In this document: positions 34,552 to 36,178 of the stretch, piece after piece
Numbering within the stretch: the stretch's first letter is position 1
How the letters are laid out: each line of letters starts with the position of its first letter
Program-made: the position numbers and the translations under genes
Assembly (NCBI GenBank): GCA_002452315.1
Contig: DKFH01000167.1
Span: forward strand, 6,392-42,569
Direction of reading: 5' to 3'
Origin: Anaerolineaceae bacterium UBA6801
GTDB taxonomy: Bacteria; Chloroflexota; Anaerolineae; Anaerolineales; Anaerolineaceae
Length of the DNA stretch: 36,178 nucleotides
The notes under the pieces: model-generated
The model's input: the letters and a program-made list of their open reading frames with translations, nothing else
What the model was told of the DNA's origin: nothing
Database searches by the model: none

Positions 34552-36042
34552 CTATTGAGCTGCATCAAAGATTCTTTGCAGGTCCTGACGCAGGGCTTCT
34601 ATTTCTGCATCCATATCCAGACCCGGTGTGTTGGCTGCGTAGTTCCAGAATTCGTTATAGCGATCTGTGGTCTCCAGGAACGAAGGCATCCAGCTTTCAT
34701 GGTTAGGATTGTCGGCATAGGCCATGCTGTCAACGACCACCTGCCAGTTAATGGTCTTGCCGGGGAAGTTGGCGGCGGTGTAATCATCGAAGTAGGCATC
34801 CTGCAGTGAAAGGCGAGCGGGCATACCACCGTAGATCTGGAGCAGTTTTGGCGCCACTTCTTCGCTGAGCAAGTAGGTCAGGACTTGGAAAGCAGCGTCG
34901 GGGTTTCTGCTGCCCCGGGGAATACCAAAGGTATCCGCATGCATCTTCGAGGTGATCGTGCCTTGATAGGAGGGGGTTGCACCCAGGTCCCAATCAAAAC
35001 CAACATCACCCAAAGCCCAGGGAGCCACATACCACATGTGCATGTGGATCATGGCCAGGTTGCCGGAGGAGAAGGCTCCACCGGGACCTTGCAGGAAGTC
35101 CGCACCACCGTAAGGGCCGTTGGGAATAAACCAGTCGGTCCACCAGCCATCATAGGTCCATTTCCAGGCGGCTTGCCAGGGTTCGGGGATCTGTGCCGTC
35201 ACGCCGTCATCAGCCAGGAGGGAACCGGCGCCAAAGAAGGTGCCAACGCCGCGGGGATCAGTCCACATATTCTGGAAACCAAATTGAACGATGTTTTCCG
35301 GATCAAATTCTTCCATGGTGGCATCGTTGCCGCTGGTATCCACGGTTAACATCATGGAAACTTCGCGCAGGGTGTCCATATTCCACTCTACTTCCGTGCC
35401 ATCCGGCCAGACATAGGGTTCGCCATATTGGGCAGGCGGATAGTTCAGGCCAGCCTCGTCAAACAGGTCGAAGTTATAGATCATGAAGGACGGGAAAATG
35501 CCAAAGGGGATACCCAATTGACCCTGTTCCTGAACCATGTAAAACTCAACCAGTGAGGGGTCGAAATCGCTCAGGTCATAATCGTATTTTTCAATTAATG
35601 GCTCGAGATCCAGCCAGGCGCCGAAGAAGGTGTCACGGCCGCGAATGCCGACCGGGCCGACAATATCGGGGGCGTTACCGGCAGCGATCTGGGTGGCCAG
35701 GGTGTCGTAGGCAACTTCGTTATCCACAATTTCCAGGACCAGTTCAAGCTCATCCTGTGAAGCGTTGAATTCGTCCACAACCGCCTGTTGGGGTTCAAAG
35801 GTGCCCGCATCCGAGCCAGCGCCCAGACCAACAAACCAGCGTATGCGTACCTTATCACCTGTCGGCGCAGGGGCCACAGGTTCTTCTACTTCTTCCACAA
35901 CCTCAGGTTCCTCAACAACCGTCACCGGTTCGTCCAGGGCGGGTTCTTCAACCGCCGGAACATCAGCCGCAGGTTGGCAGGCTGCCAAAACCATGCTGAA
36001 GGCGATGACAAGGCTGAGGATTAATATCCATTTTTTATTCAT
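34552..36042 (-). CDS. Carbohydrate ABC transporter solute-binding lipoprotein
   Basis: LAAC lipobox, acidic Pro/Glu linker, AGNAPDIV and YNFDLFDEAGLNYPP motifs; AAGGAG RBS. Confidence 0.93.
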   Translation of the reverse strand: MNKKWILILSLVIAFSMVLAACQPAADVPAVEEPALDEPVTVVEEPEVVEEVEEPVAPAPTGDKVRIRWFVGLGAGSDAGTFEPQQAVVDEFNASQDELELVLEIVDNEVAYDTLATQIAAGNAPDIVGPVGIRGRDTFFGAWLDLEPLIEKYDYDLSDFDPSLVEFYMVQEQGQLGIPFGIFPSFMIYNFDLFDEAGLNYPPAQYGEPYVWPDGTEVEWNMDTLREVSMMLTVDTSGNDATMEEFDPENIVQFGFQNMWTDPRGVGTFFGAGSLLADDGVTAQIPEPWQAAWKWTYDGWWTDWFIPNGPYGGADFLQGPGGAFSSGNLAMIHMHMWYVAPWALGDVGFDWDLGATPSYQGTITSKMHADTFGIPRGSRNPDAAFQVLTYLLSEEVAPKLLQIYGGMPARLSLQDAYFDDYTAANFPGKTINWQVVVDSMAYADNPNHESWMPSFLETTDRYNEFWNYAANTPGLDMDAEIEALRQDLQRIFDAAQ

Positions 36043-36077
36043 CACTTTTCTCCTTCGAGATAATTTTTATTTTATGG

Positions 36078-36116
36078 GTCAAATCGTCAAACAGTCAAAT
36101 TACTAACTTGCCAAGT
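36078..36116. promoter_or_regulatory. Candidate operator sites upstream of the glucan locus
   Basis: GTCAAA three times with 8-bp period (36078, 36086, 36094) and palindrome ACTTG-c-CAAGT (36106-36116). Confidence 0.35.
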
Positions 36117-36178
36117 CTTTTCCTCCCAATCACCTCCTTTAATCAATCAATAACATTGTATTAATAGTGATATGAACA

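Noticed and set aside
15859-36106. Numerous plus-strand ORFs over the glucan locus (e.g. 15859..16875, 21111..21860, 27091..27843)
   Set aside because: They are antisense to well-supported genes, expected in GC-rich coding DNA, and show no motifs.

Overview
Bacterial chromosomal window. Gene content and protein style (many Pro/Thr/Glu-linker lipoproteins, a translin homologue, a small SWIM protein) suggest Chloroflexota/Anaerolineae; this is an inference. The left part (1-15.7 kb) holds mixed housekeeping and accessory genes: a truncated glpX, a HAD/DUF2779-nuclease/DinB operon, mgtC-like, DUF3788, methyltransferase, aldo-keto reductase, SWIM protein, GNAT, split glutaminase + nadE, rnhB, GT2, tRNA-Pro(TGG), esterase, ssb-DUF3467-translin and a LysM/M23 peptidase. 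Several GTAG-type REP hairpins lie in the spacers. The right part (15.9-36.0 kb) is one ~20 kb minus-strand beta-glucan utilisation locus. It encodes an ABC sugar-binding protein and 2 permeases, 4 lipoprotein hydrolases (unclassified clan GH-A-like, GH3, GH16, lichenase-like GH26) and 4 tandem cytoplasmic phosphorylases (GH161-like, laminaribiose-type GH94, cellobiose-type GH94 and a GH94 of unassigned specificity). The strongest novelty candidates are this four-phosphorylase pathway with its orphan GH94 and orphan hydrolase, and the bacterial ssb-DUF3467-translin operon. All family assignments come from motif recognition by eye; no database searches were run.
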